52,655 bases of DNA from Nemertoderma westbladi. Lineage: Eukaryota; Animalia; Xenacoelomorpha. The notes beneath the pieces were generated by a model. The model had not been told where the DNA came from. It saw only the letters and a list, made by a program, of their open reading frames with translations, and made no database searches. Below, piece after piece: positions 32,543-45,295 of the stretch. The stretch spans positions 1-52,655 of the forward strand of contig JAUCBJ010007731.1 of assembly GCA_032718475.1 (NCBI GenBank). The letters run 5' to 3'. The number at the start of each line of letters is the position of its first letter. The stretch's first letter is position 1. The translations under genes and the position numbers were made by a program.

Positions 32543-32993
32543 AAGTTCACATAAGATCTAAGTTCGCTTTGCTTTCAACGTTGGATCTAAGTTCACTTCT
32601 CGTCTATCATGATGATTTACCAAAGGCTTTAAATAGCATAAAGTGGGATCTAAGTTCACCCAGTAATGAAAAACATCTAGTTAGGATCTAAGTTCACACA
32701 GTTAAGATCTAAGTTCACCTAGGTGGGATCTAAGTTCACCCAGTTAGGATCTAAGTTCACCCAGTTAGGATCTAAGTTCACCTAGTTAGTATCTAAGTTC
32801 ACACAGATATGATCTATGTTCGCATATGTAGGACCTAAGTTCGCAAAGATCTAAGTTCATCAAAGTCAGGCCTTGCAGGATCTAAGTTCGTTTTACCGAT
32901 AGCTGATAGGCCTTGCAGGATCTAAGTTCGTTTTACCGATAGCTGATAGGCCTTGCAGGATCTAAGTTCGTTTTACCGATAGCTGATAGGCCT
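32543..32993 (+). repeat. GGATCTAAGTTC(A/G) motif array (left part at ~6228-6292), ending in three 40-bp tandem units
   Basis: More than 15 motif copies, many at ~20-bp spacing. aggccttgcaggatctaagttcgttttaccgatagctgat occurs three times at ~32868-32993. Confidence 0.88.
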
Positions 32994-33168
32994 TATGTCC
33001 GGCTGTCAGGACTCCTGTAAAGCTGTGCTGACTGGCTGAAGTCACTGCACACTGTGCACTGAGTCAGGCATTCTCTGATTCTCAGATTCTGGAGGTGTAA
33101 TCGTCAGATCGTAAACAATAACCTGATAGGGCCTAACGACTGAACGATAACAGAATAAAGTGAAGAGG

Positions 33169-33198
33169 ATGGAAGATTTTTGCGGATCACGCTTTTGG
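33169..33198 (+). CDS. ABCC1: ABCC1/MRP-like transporter, coding exon 1 (MEDFCGSRFW)
   Basis: Typical MRP N-terminal FCG..FW followed by a GTAAGT donor. Orthology within ABCC1/2/3 is not resolved. Confidence 0.8.
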
Positions 33199-35141
33199 GT
33201 AAGTTGCTATACTTGTATACGTCGGGCCACCCACATACTGCAGTACTGTAGGCCCTAATACCGTAATAGCTTTAGAATTAATCATATTTCTGTCTTTCAG
33301 ATGTCTGGCTATTGCTGTTCAGATTTAGGTCTACTTTTTAACAAAACGTTTAGACACGCAGACACGCACCAATATTCTGATATTATTACCGTATCTGATT
33401 ATTCCTTGTCCTCGGCGTCGGCAGCTCAAGTTCTGAAGTTAATTTCCATAGCCTATCCCCCATACCAGCATACTGCAGTACTGCCATACTGCCATACCAG
33501 CATACTGCCATACACATGATACAGCCATACATTGTACATGGCAGCATGATTGGATATTTCACAACGATCTATACACTAGGCTGCTAGGCACTCAGGCGAG
33601 GCCTATTCAAGTATTCTGGATTCCTGTATTCAGCCATTACCGGTAGCGGTACCAGATTACAGTATTCAGGTATTACCGGTAGGGTAGGCTTACTTACCGG
33701 TACCGTATCTCGGTCCTACCATTTGGAATACCGGTACTATTGACTATCCCGCCTACTATTAAATTATCCACAACAGCACTAAGCACGCTAAGACTAAACA
33801 ATGTTTTACCAAAAAGGAAACTACAAACGAAAAGTATCTACTCCAGTCCAGTACTCTCGCCTCGCATCTATCAGTCTATAGTATAATGGTACCGTATACA
33901 GGTCAGCAGGTACCCAGTACCGGTAGGCCTATCAGCTTATATAACTCAGACTAAGCTGCTAAGACAAATCTGCAAATAAACTTATAGAGCTGTAGAGTAC
34001 CGGTAGGCCTAGAAAAATTAATAAATTAAAATATAAATACCGGTAGGCCCTAAACAGCTAAACAAAAGATAAGTATGTCAGTATGTCATGGCTGCATGGT
34101 TAACTAGCTGTTTTTGAAGCAGTATTCTGTATTCTGTTTTTTTCCGAAAATGTGCTGGAGAGTTTTTCAAGATCTTCAAAAAACCTTTCAAACGAGCCAT
34201 AAATTTATCGAATTTGAGTCAAAATTGGCGGGGTACCGGTAGCTGGGTAGTATTTTGAAAAATTGATTAGAAACTTTCCCGCTCAAACATGTCTGTCTCT
34301 CTGTCTGTGGTCTGTTAATCGGCACTAATGTTTGGCACTATGCACTACTGACTACAGCACTATGGACTATGGCTGTATACCAAATCACTAAAATTATCAA
34401 TATGGGGGTTTCATAGTCGGTATTTCCATTCCGACGTCAATTTTAATGTTTGGTGGTATCTAATACTGTAATATGTCTGTGACGGTTTGTCTGTCTGTCT
34501 GTCTTCTAAATTGTGACGAACAAACTGCTGAACCGGTAGACAGTGATAACTTGAGAAGTCGAGAACTAAAAAAGATCCCGCCAAGCCGTCTTAAGATTTG
34601 AAATCCCCATTAAATTCTTCATCAAGATGAAATAAAAAATCAAAAATGTGAAAAAAGGTTTACCCCAGGAGCCACCCCCCCCCCCCCCCCCCCCTTTAAT
34701 TGAATTATGCCGTACTTCTTACAATTTATGTAGCTGCAAGCAAAGTGGAGCCCCCCTCCCATCGCCACCCCCCTCCCACCGCCACCCCCCTCCCTCAATC
34801 ACCACTTACAGACTTTTACGCTGTCGGACAGCTTTAAATCCAACAAAGTTATTAGCTTGTCAAAATAGTAACGCAGACGATAACTACAAATATTTCCCAT
34901 TACTGACCCACCACTCTAATAGTATCAGTTCGCTAAGGCACCGTCAACATCGTGGCTCGCCCCACAAGGTATCCTTATTAATTGTCATTTATAATTTTTG
35001 TACCGGTATATATTAATATAGTAACAGAAAGGATTGGTTATATTTTATTTGGTGCAATAATAATTGTTAAGTACCACCAACAATTATGTACCTTACACCC
35101 TTACAGTACATGCTGAATTACAATATAATCTACTATTGCAG

Positions 35142-35321
35142 GACGCGAACCTAACTTGGTACACGGATTCCCCACAACTTACAGAATGCTTCCAGCTTAC
35201 CGCCCTCTCCTGGGCTCCAACCGGGTTCTTTCTGCTAACCTTACCCTTGCACGTTTTATATTCTCTACGATTTTCTGTTAAACGAACTCTTCACATCCAC
35301 CCTATATATCTTTCTAAACTC
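35142..35321 (+). CDS. ABCC1: ABCC1/MRP-like exon 2
   Basis: tgcag| DANLTWYTDSPQLTECFQLTALSWAP...LSKL |gttagt; 180 nt, phase 0-0. Resembles MRP1 [26 protein letters not shown]. Confidence 0.88.
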
Positions 35322-35378
35322 GTTAGTATAATTTATATATGTTTAAACTGTAGTTCTACATTATTATTATTATGGTCT

Positions 35379-35752
35379 AGGTACAATACCGTGTCCTACT
35401 ACGGTATGGTACACCACACCGTGCCATACTAACGGTGTGGTACACCTTACTATTCCCTACTACGGTATGGTACACCACACCGTGCCATACTAACGGTGTG
35501 GTACACCTTACTATTCCCTACTACGGTATGGTGCACCATACTGTGCCCTACTTCGGTGTGGTACACCATACCGCGCCCTACTGCGGTATGGTACACCATA
35601 CCGCGCCCTGCTACGGTGTGGTACACCTTACTGTGCCCTAGTACGGTGTGGTACACCACACCGTGCCATACTAACGGTGTCGTACAGCTTACCGTGTCCT
35701 ACTACGGTATGGTACACCATACCGTGCCCTACTACAGTATGATGTACCATAC
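35379..35752. repeat. 30-31-bp minisatellite (~12 copies) with self-complementary units
   Basis: Unit ggtacaccataccgtgccctactacggtat; ccataccgt pairs with acggtatgg. Confidence 0.88.
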
Positions 35753-36235
35753 CTTAAGATTTATCTCACAAAAAAGTTTATCGGTAAATAGTTTATCTAA
35801 AAGTAATTTGGAAGGATATTGGCTACTATGATGGGTCTGTTTCTTCCAACCGATATATTTAGTTTTGATACCAGTACCGGTACTGTATTAAATAACTTAG
35901 TGTATATAATAACAATAATAAATATCAAATAATTTCCGATATGATTTTTACCCTGTGACTGCAAACTAATCGTTTTATCGTGTTGCCTTTACTTATGTAT
36001 CAGTGCAATGGAAAGCAATGAATGGCAGACTGAATGTTGTTTTACCCTTTAATCGTTTGTTTGTTTGTTTTAGCTTTAATTTAGTTTCTGCTGTCAATCT
36101 CTGATTATTTCTAATGGACAACGGAATGGGTTTAGGGAAACTTATAGAACTTATCGCAATTACAAACAACGCCAAGATTTTAAATTGTATTATTCCTGTA
36201 CCGGGTATACATTATATTAATAAAACATAACTCGA

Positions 36236-36277
36236 AGCAAACGTTTCGGAGCAATACAAGCAACCATCATCAGTGCA
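36236..36277 (-). ncRNA. Minimal hammerhead-ribozyme-like motif (Penelope type), possibly degenerate
   Basis: Minus strand tgca-CTGATGA-tggttgcttgtattgctcc-GAAA-cgtt-tgc. Core boxes and a palindromic AACGTT stem III are present; stems I and II are weak. Confidence 0.4.
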
Positions 36278-36342
36278 GTTTATTGCAATTTAATGATCAA
36301 TATATATTCGGTCTAATCTAGTCGCTGCTATACTGGTCAATG

Positions 36343-39300
36343 AACTTTACTAACTTTACTTTACTAACCTTTACTATCTAACTTTACTTTACTAACCTTT
36401 ACTATCTAACTTTACTTTACTAACCTTTACTATCTAACTTTACTTTACTAACCTTTACTAACTAACTTTACTTTACTAACCTTTACTATCTAACTTTACT
36501 TTACTAACCTTTACTATCTAACTTTACTTTACTAACCTTTACTATCTAACTTTACTTTACTAACCTTTACTAACTAACTTTACTTTACTAACCTTTACTA
36601 TCTAACTTTACTTTACTAACCTTTACTATCTAACTTTACTTTACTAACCTTTACTATCTAACTTTACTTTACTAACCTTTACTAACTAACTTTACTTTAC
36701 TAACCTTTACTATCTAACTTTACTTTACTAACCTTTACTATCTAACTTTACTTTACTAACCTTTACTATCTAACTTTACTTTACTAACCTTTACTAACTA
36801 ACTTTACTTTACTAACCTTTACTATCTAACTTTACTTTACTAACCTTTACTAACTAACTTTACTTTACTAACCTTTACTATCTAACTTTACTTTACTAAC
36901 CTTTACTATCTAACTTTACTTTACTAACCTTTACTATCTAACTTTACTTTACTAACCTTTACTATCTAACTTTACTTTACTAACCTTTACTATCTAACTT
37001 TACTTTACTAACCTTTACTAACTAACTTTACTTTACTAACCTTTACTATCTAACTTTACTTTACTAACCTTTACTAACTAACTTTACTTTACTAACCTTT
37101 ACTATCTAACTTTACTTTACTAACCTTTACTATCTAACTTTACTTTACTAACCTTTACTATCTAACTTTACTTTACTAACCTTTACTATCTAACTTTACT
37201 TTACTAACCTTTACTATCTAACTTTACTTTACTAACCTTTACTATCTAACTTTACTTTACTAACCTTTACTATCTAACTTTACTTTACTAACCTTTACTA
37301 TCTAACTTTACTTTACTAACCTTTACTATCTAACTTTACTTTACTAACCTTTACTATCTAACTTTACTTTACTAACCTTTACTATCTAACTTTACTTTAC
37401 TAACCTTTACTATCTAACTTTACTTTACTAACCTTTACTATCTAACTTTACTTTACTAACCTTTACTATCTAACTTTACTTTACTAACCTTTACTAACTA
37501 ACTTTACTTTACTAACCTTTACTATCTAACTTTACTTTACTAACCTTTACTAACTAACTTTACTTTACTAACCTTTACTATCTAACTTTACTTTACTAAC
37601 CTTTACTATCTAACTTTACTTTACTAACCTTTACTATCTAACTTTACTTTACTAACCTTTACTATCTAACTTTACTTTACTAACCTTTACTATCTAACTT
37701 TACTTTACTAACCTTTACTAACTAACTTTACTTTACTAACCTTTACTAACTAACTTTACTTTACTAACCTTTACTATCTAACTTTACTTTACTAACCTTT
37801 ACTATCTAACTTTACTTTACTAACCTTTACTATCTAACTTTACTTTACTAACCTTTACTATCTAACTTTACTTTACTAACCTTTACTAACTAACTTTACT
37901 TTACTAACCTTTACTAACTAACTTTACTTTACTAACCTTTACTAACTAACTTTACTTTACTAACCTTTACTATCTAACTTTACTTTACTAACCTTTACTA
38001 TCTAACTTTACTTTACTAACCTTTACTATCTAACTTTACTTTACTAACCTTTACTATCTAACTTTACTTTACTAACCTTTACTATCTAACTTTACTTTAC
38101 TAACCTTTACTATCTAACTTTACTTTACTAACCTTTACTATCTAACTTTACTTTACTAACCTTTACTATCTAACTTTACTTTACTAACCTTTACTATCTA
38201 ACTTTACTTTACTAACCTTTACTATCTAACTTTACTTTACTAACCTTTACTATCTAACTTTACTTTACTAACCTTTACTATCTAACTTTACTTTACTAAC
38301 CTTTACTATCTAACTTTACTTTACTAACCTTTACTATCTAACTTTACTTTACTAACCTTTACTATCTAACTTTACTTTACTAACCTTTACTATCTAACTT
38401 TACTTTACTAACCTTTACTATCTAACTTTACTTTACTAACCTTTACTATCTAACTTTACTTTACTAACCTTTACTATCTAACTTTACTTTACTAACCTTT
38501 ACTATCTAACTTTACTTTACTAACCTTTACTATCTAACTTTACTTTACTAACCTTTACTATCTAACTTTACTTTACTAACCTTTACTATCTAACTTTACT
38601 TTACTAACCTTTACTATCTAACTTTACTTTACTAACCTTTACTATCTAACTTTACTTTACTAACCTTTACTATCTAACTTTACTTTACTAACCTTTACTA
38701 TCTAACTTTACTTTACTAACCTTTACTATCTAACTTTACTTTACTAACCTTTACTATCTAACTTTACTTTACTAACCTTTACTATCTAACTTTACTTTAC
38801 TAACCTTTACTATCTAACTTTACTTTACTAACCTTTACTATCTAACTTTACTTTACTAACCTTTACTATCTAACTTTACTTTACTAACCTTTACTATCTA
38901 ACTTTACTTTACTAACCTTTACTATCTAACTTTACTTTACTACCTTTACTATCTAACTTTACTTTACTAACCTTTACTATCTAACTTTACTTTACTAACC
39001 TTTACTACTAACTTTACTCCTTTACTATCTAACTTTACTTTACTAACCTTTACTATCTAACTTTACTTTACTAACCTTTACTATCTAACTTTACTTTACT
39101 AACCTTTACTATCTAACTTTACTTTACTAACCTTTACTATCTAACTTTACTTTACTAACCTTTACTATCTAACTTTACTTTACTAACCTTTACTAACTAA
39201 CTTTACTTTACTAACCTTTACTATCTAACTTTACTTTACTAACCTTTACTATCTAACTTTACTTTACTAACCTTTACTATCTAACTTTACTTTACTAACC

Positions 39301-40675
39301 TTTACTATCTAACTTTACTTTACTAACCTTTACTATCTAACTTTACTTTACTAACCTTTACTATCTAACTTTACTTTACTAACCTTTACTATCTAACTTT
39401 ACTTTACTAACCTTTACTATCTAACTTTACTTACTTACTAACCTTTACTATCTAACTTTACTTTACTAACCTTTACTATCTAACTTTACTTTACTAACCT
39501 TTACTATCTAACTTTACTTTACTAACCTTTACTATCTAACTTTACTTTACTAACCTTTACTATCTAACTTTACTTTACTAACCTTTACTATCTAACTTTA
39601 CTTTACTAACCTTTACTATCTAACTTTACTTTACTAACCTTTACTATCTAACTTTACTTTACTAACCTTTACTATCTAACTTTACTTTACTAACCTTTAC
39701 TATCTAACTTTACTTTACTAACCTTTACTATCTAACTTTACTTTACTAACCTTTACTATCTAACTTTACTTTACTAACCTTTACTATCTAACTTTACTTT
39801 ACTAACCTTTACTATCTAACTTTACTTTACTAACCTTTACTATCTAACTTTACTTTACTAACCTTTACTATCTAACTTTACTTTACTAACCTTTACTATC
39901 TAACTTTACTTTACTAACCTTTACTATCTAACTTTACTTTACTAACCTTTACTATCTAACTTTACTTTACTAACCTTTACTATCTAACTTTACTTTACTA
40001 ACCTTTACTATCTAACTTTACTTTACTAACCTTTACTATCTAACTTTACTTTACTTACTAACCTTTACTATCTAACTTTACTTTACTAACCTTTACTATC
40101 TAACTTTACTTTACTAACCTTTACTATCTAACTTTACTTTACTAACCTTTACTAACTAACTTTACTTTACTAACCTTTACTATCTAACTTTACTTTACTA
40201 ACCTTTACTATCTAACTTTACTTTACTAACCTTTACTATCTAACTTTACTTTACTAACCTTTACTATCTAACTTTACTTTACTAACCTTTACTATCTAAC
40301 TTTACTTTACTAACCTTTACTATCTAACTTTACTTTACTAACCTTTACTATCTAACTTTACTTTACTAACCTTTACTATCTAACTTTACTTTACTAACCT
40401 TTACTATCTAACTTTACTTTACTAACCTTTACTATCTAACTTTACTTTACTAACCTTTACTATCTAACTTTACTTTACTAACCTTTACTATCTAACTTTA
40501 CTTTACTAACCTTTACTATCTAACTTTACTTTACTAACCTTTACTATCTAACTTTACTTACTAACCTTTACTATCTAACTTTACTTTACTAACCTTTACT
40601 AACTAACTTTACTTTACTAACCTTTACTATCTAACTTTACTTTACTAACCTTTACTAACTAACTTTACTTTACTA
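36343..40675. repeat. 28-bp tandem satellite, ~154 copies
   Basis: Unit tttactaacctttactatctaactttac with a recurring tatc>taac variant. No G on the + strand. Confidence 0.97.
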
Positions 40676-41178
40676 CATTGCTGTATTAATAACATATTGT
40701 GTTTCGCTTTGCTTTTTATTTTTGCTGTGTTTGTTGACATTATCATTTGAATTTCATTTCTAAGATATTGAACAAATTTTTTTTTATAAAATAAAGTTAT
40801 ATTTTAGACTTTAACAGTCCAACTCTTTTGAAAATAGACCAAACCGGGACAATTACTAAAATATTATTATATGTTACGTCAGAAAATAGGCAAGAAATGT
40901 CTGATTAAGATATGTATTAAAAAATAATATAATAAAATGTAGATTCTTAGTATAAATAATCCACATGAATTAACGATTTTTGATACCGTCATTAATTTCC
41001 TGTAAATTTGGAAGAAAAAAACCAGCATTTTGTGTTGCACGACACCAACCCGGCCTTCTAGGGATCAACACCGTTAAGTTATCTAACATTATTATGAAAC
41101 GAAATATTTGCCGTAACATATTGTGTGAGGCGTTTCTGATTCAGCGCTTAATAAATTGACAATATTAATGTTTAACAG

Positions 41179-41295
41179 ATAATCTGCGTTCTCCAAGTTG
41201 TCAGCTCTTTCGTTGATATCTTCTGGTGCTACCACTACATATCCAGTGTTCCAACGGTATACCTCGTTACAAATACAGTTTGGATCGTTACTGGG
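41179..41295 (+). CDS. ABCC1: ABCC1/MRP-like exon 3
   Basis: aacag| IICVLQVVSSFVDIFW...YLVTNTVWIVTG |gttaga; 117 nt, phase 0-0; hydrophobic TMD0 helices. Confidence 0.75.
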
Positions 41296-41624
41296 GTTAG
41301 ATATTATTAATATTTATTGCTACACAGGGATTTATATGAATGCGAGAAGTATATAAAGGGCGGCCATAGGATAATCCTGATTGATTTACCAAAAGTTGCA
41401 TCTAATATGCAATAGAGATTGTGTATCTTGATATTGCTGGTGACTCATTAATTCTCTTTAACTACCCACCTTTACAGTATAGACACTAGTAGGTTTAGGG
41501 TAACACATACTTACTGTTCAGTTTACAAGCCTTTACCTAATTATATTTAATTGATAAAAGAAGGAGAAACACAATATATATCCAATAAACTACTTTATAT
41601 TCCGGTACTATTATTCTGTTCTAG

Positions 41625-41734
41625 ATTTCTTTGTTTATATGGATTTATTATCTAAACCGTCTCGGTTCTACAACCTCAGACTATCTAACCATCATTTGGC
41701 TCCTTTTTGTGGTCGCCGGCGCTTTTCGTTTAAG
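41625..41734 (+). CDS. ABCC1: ABCC1/MRP-like exon 4
   Basis: ttctag| ISLFIWIYYLNRLGSTTSDYLTIIWLLFVVAGAFRL(R) |gtaagt; phase 0-2. Parallels MRP1 RRKGVQSSGIMLTFWL. Confidence 0.78.
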
Positions 41735-43059
41735 GTAAGTAATTCTTTTATTTACCCAACTTTACTAATTGTACCGAAATTACATCGGTCAGTTAGTAGG
41801 AATGTGCCGGAATCGGGATTAACTGGGATTTGGGGAGCATACAACAAAGTGAGAGTTAATTTAGTAAAAAATATAATCAACATTGTTGAACGGTGTATGG
41901 GGCGAGCCACTAAGTTGGCGGAGCCTTGGCGAACTGACCCTGTTGGAGTATGTCAATAATGGCAAATAGTTGTTGACGTAACCATTTCATTAACGTAACA
42001 TTCAAATAACTTTGTTAGATTTAAAGCTGTAGAATTGAAAATTTGTAGGCATAAATATGTCCAAAACTTGACATTATTTAGTGACTTTTGACACCAACAG
42101 TTCAACAGTCTCCTGCTAGATGGCTACATGTCTAAGCATTAAATGCCCTCCCATTTCTTTGCTTTTATCCGTTAAAGCTGAAACTTGGCAGAATTGTACT
42201 AGACCATTAGCTGTGTCATTTAAAATTTTTCAGTGGTCTTAAATATCGACTGCAGTTTTCCAGACTGCCTCTAGGTGTAAAGTGATCAAGGGAAATCTGC
42301 TTAGATTTTGCTTATATTTCTCTCGAGTTGACACTTACATAAGTTTTTGTCACGTGCTGCGCGAAGGACCCACTTCAGGTATAATATGGTTAAGGTTAAG
42401 TTACAACAAATTATAGATATTGATACCAGCGCAAGCAACCCTCAGCGCCTAGCCTTTTCTGCAAGCTGGCTCCCAAATTGCAGACAATTAGACAATTTGT
42501 CAACAACAAACAACCCCTCCGCCCTGGTAGCCAATGAGAGAACCTGGAGCTTTCGGGTATTTGTAGTAATTACAGGTAGGTAGGTTAATGCCATGTAGTA
42601 TTATATAGTTGGACCAAAATGGGATGGTGGGGAGTCATATCAGTGTGTAGACTGTAGACGTGTGTATCCCATTATAAGTATCAATCTGTATCCAATAATA
42701 TTGATCACTGGGGTCATCACTATTATTATTAATTAATTGTGAACAAGACATGTCTGGGGGGGGGGGGGGGCAGTGGGACTTGTCTGGGGGGGCAGTGCCC
42801 CCAAAGCCCCCCCGCACGATACGGGCCTGAGATCAAGCCCAGGTCCCCAGCCCAATTAGTTACCTGCATTCTACACAGCTCCGTAAAGACCTAACCCTAT
42901 CTCCTTATCAACATCAATTCGGTCGGGTCGGGAGTTAAGCCAATTGCTCCCGTCACAGAAGTGCCTTATAGGTACATTGTAGGTTTCTTATTATTTACAG
43001 TGCATAAGAGATTATATACTAATAATAATTAAATACTACTATACTGTATTTACTAGTAT

Positions 43060-43260
43060 ATCATCTGTATATTTAAATCACCGAACTTTAAATCTATCGA
43101 TAGCTGCGCTACCCGAAGGTAATTAAATCATCCAGTTATTTTTTAACTGGTACTCATTTTATCGACCCCAGTGGCTGAGAGGCTGAGTGGAACCTGGCGG
43201 GGCTGAACCTACAACCAATAGATTGCAGGCCCGGCGGTCAACCAACGGCCCCGCCGTCCG
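43060..43260 (-). mobile_element. tRNA-derived SINE (central domain resembling Meta-SINEs)
   Basis: Minus strand: degenerate A/B boxes (ggttcagccc), then cactcagcct...ggtcgataaaatgagtaccag. Boundaries are approximate. Confidence 0.55.
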
Positions 43261-44845
43261 ACAATACTTCTTACTATAATACTTCTTAAATTACTGTAAA
43301 TATTTAACTATTAGGCATACTTTTGAAAATGTAGCACTTTTCACACCAACTTCAGCGAGACTGTTATAATAGAACGAGAATCTTAACGGTATAAGTGCTG
43401 CTTACTCTTGCACTCTTCTACTTACTACTCTTCTAATTGCAAGCTCTATATTCAAAAACAAAGGGGCAGTAATTGTAATTCATTTAACTATTGTTAGTAC
43501 CTATACTATACTATTCATTTTTTGACTTATTATAGTTACTAGTTGGTCTGTATAGAAAACATATAATATAGTCAACTACAAGTATAATAAAAAGATAACC
43601 GTCTGTATCAGTTAATCAGCATAATATAGTAGCTATGGGGCGAGCCATATATTACAATAGCACTGCTATTATGCGGATACACCATAGTTAGTATAGATTT
43701 TAGTTTAATTAAGTTTATAGTGCATTACTCGCTGCAATGTATATTGGGTATAATGACATTGGCCACGCTCTGGATTTGCGTTTCAGATTCGTTCATTAGA
43801 ATGGATAAATTCTCCATTCTTTTTCAGAATGGAGAAAATCAAATTATTGCAAATAATCGTTTTCACGTGATGTTTCTGTATTTGTAGGGAATAAAAAACC
43901 ATAGTATGATTTTTTTTATGTTTCCCCCTTCGGAGAATTCTCAAATAGCTGTTTCCCCTCCGAGGTTTATAACAACCGAGGTGCAAAAAGTTTTTTCCAT
44001 AAAAAATAATACTCCGAACCAATGACAATTTTTTTCTCGAACTTTGAAATTGTATCTAAAAAAAAAACTGTATGTATAATAGTGCTTAAATTTAAACGAC
44101 TAGACTTTAGTCGTCCCATACCTAGTCAATTTGTTTTAGTAAACTTTTCAATTGGAAGTTAAAACTCTGTGTAACGTTTAACATTTAAAAATAAAGTTTT
44201 AATCCAAAAATAATACTGTCAGTGATGTTTTTTATAATGCATAAAGGAATAGTTTCATGATAAAAAACCGAAAATTCCAGCATTCCGGCGCCGGAATCTC
44301 TGTCATTTCGACCGGAATCGACCCAATACCCGCCAGAACGGGTTTCCAGTACATCCATTAGGTGAGCTTAGCGACGTATAAAGGTGGAAATGTGACAAAA
44401 TCGCCAAAGATTGTTATCTATATTTATTTAACACTTTTGATTTCTTGTTTATTCATCAGTAGCTTTTGTTAACAATTAGCATATCCGTGACTTATTATAG
44501 TGGAGTGGCGAATTAAAGTGTGAGTATCTGTCTGACTATATTTAACACTTTCAATTTCATGTTTCTTTCCTTAGCAACATGGATTTTACATATCAACAAG
44601 GAAGGTCATTATTTGGTGAGATTTTTCCAAAATTTTGTGAAAACAAACTTTAGTCAAATAACAATATTAAAACTTTGACCAAAACATATAATATATTATG
44701 TTTCAATAATTACTGTTATTCAGTAATACATACCCATGTTATCCTTGTTATCGTTCAATGTTGGCAGGGTGACACTGGGTTTAATCCAGTGTATTATACC
44801 TTATAACATGCCGGTGATTGGTGTCTTGTGGCTCCCTTTTATTAG

Positions 44846-45214
44846 ATGGCTGATACGCGAACAGTTGTATGAGACGGTAGTTTCCCTACATCCCCCTCGT
44901 CTCGTCTGCTACGCCGTGCACTACCTCGGTTGTCTCATCCAACTGGTTCTCTCACTCCTCGTCTACCGACCTCGCGTCGACTCCGGATGGACTCCCGTTC
45001 ACGCTCCCACAACCTCCTCGGATCGCCTCCCATCCGTGGTCCCCCAGACCCGCTCCCTTCCATCGCGTCTCTCCTTCTGGTGGCTCAACTCGCTACTTCT
45101 CCTCGGCTACCGACGTCAGCTCGTCCGAGAAGATCTCCCTTCAGCTCCCCACGAGGAACGATGTTACTCGCAGACCAAACAGTTTATGGCCAATCTAAAG
45201 AAGGAGTTCAACAG
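44846..45214 (+). CDS. ABCC1: ABCC1/MRP-like exon 5 (end of TMD0 + L0/lasso motif)
   Basis: cccttttattag| ...LIQLVLS...SLPSRLSFWWLNSLLLLGYRRQLVREDL... |gtgagc; 369 nt, phase 2-2, matching exon 4. Confidence 0.88.
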
Positions 45215-45295
45215 GTGAGCCTTAACAATATCTAGAATCAACATACAATATTGACCGAATCGTACTGACCGAAATGTTTGGCTGTATAAGTTTAG

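Noticed and set aside
32543-32993. CRISPR-like look of the GGATCTAAGTTC array
   Set aside because: The repeat is only ~12-14 bp, spacers are short and related to each other, there are no cas genes, and the context is eukaryotic with spliceosomal introns.
36343-40675. Interstitial telomere
   Set aside because: Only one TAACC per 28-bp unit, with no tandem (TTAGG)n or (TTAGGG)n.
44736-44845. 5' part of the 160-aa ORF, with an acceptor at 44767
   Set aside because: Similarity to MRP1 and the pyrimidine tract favour the acceptor at 44845; the upstream part is probably intronic.
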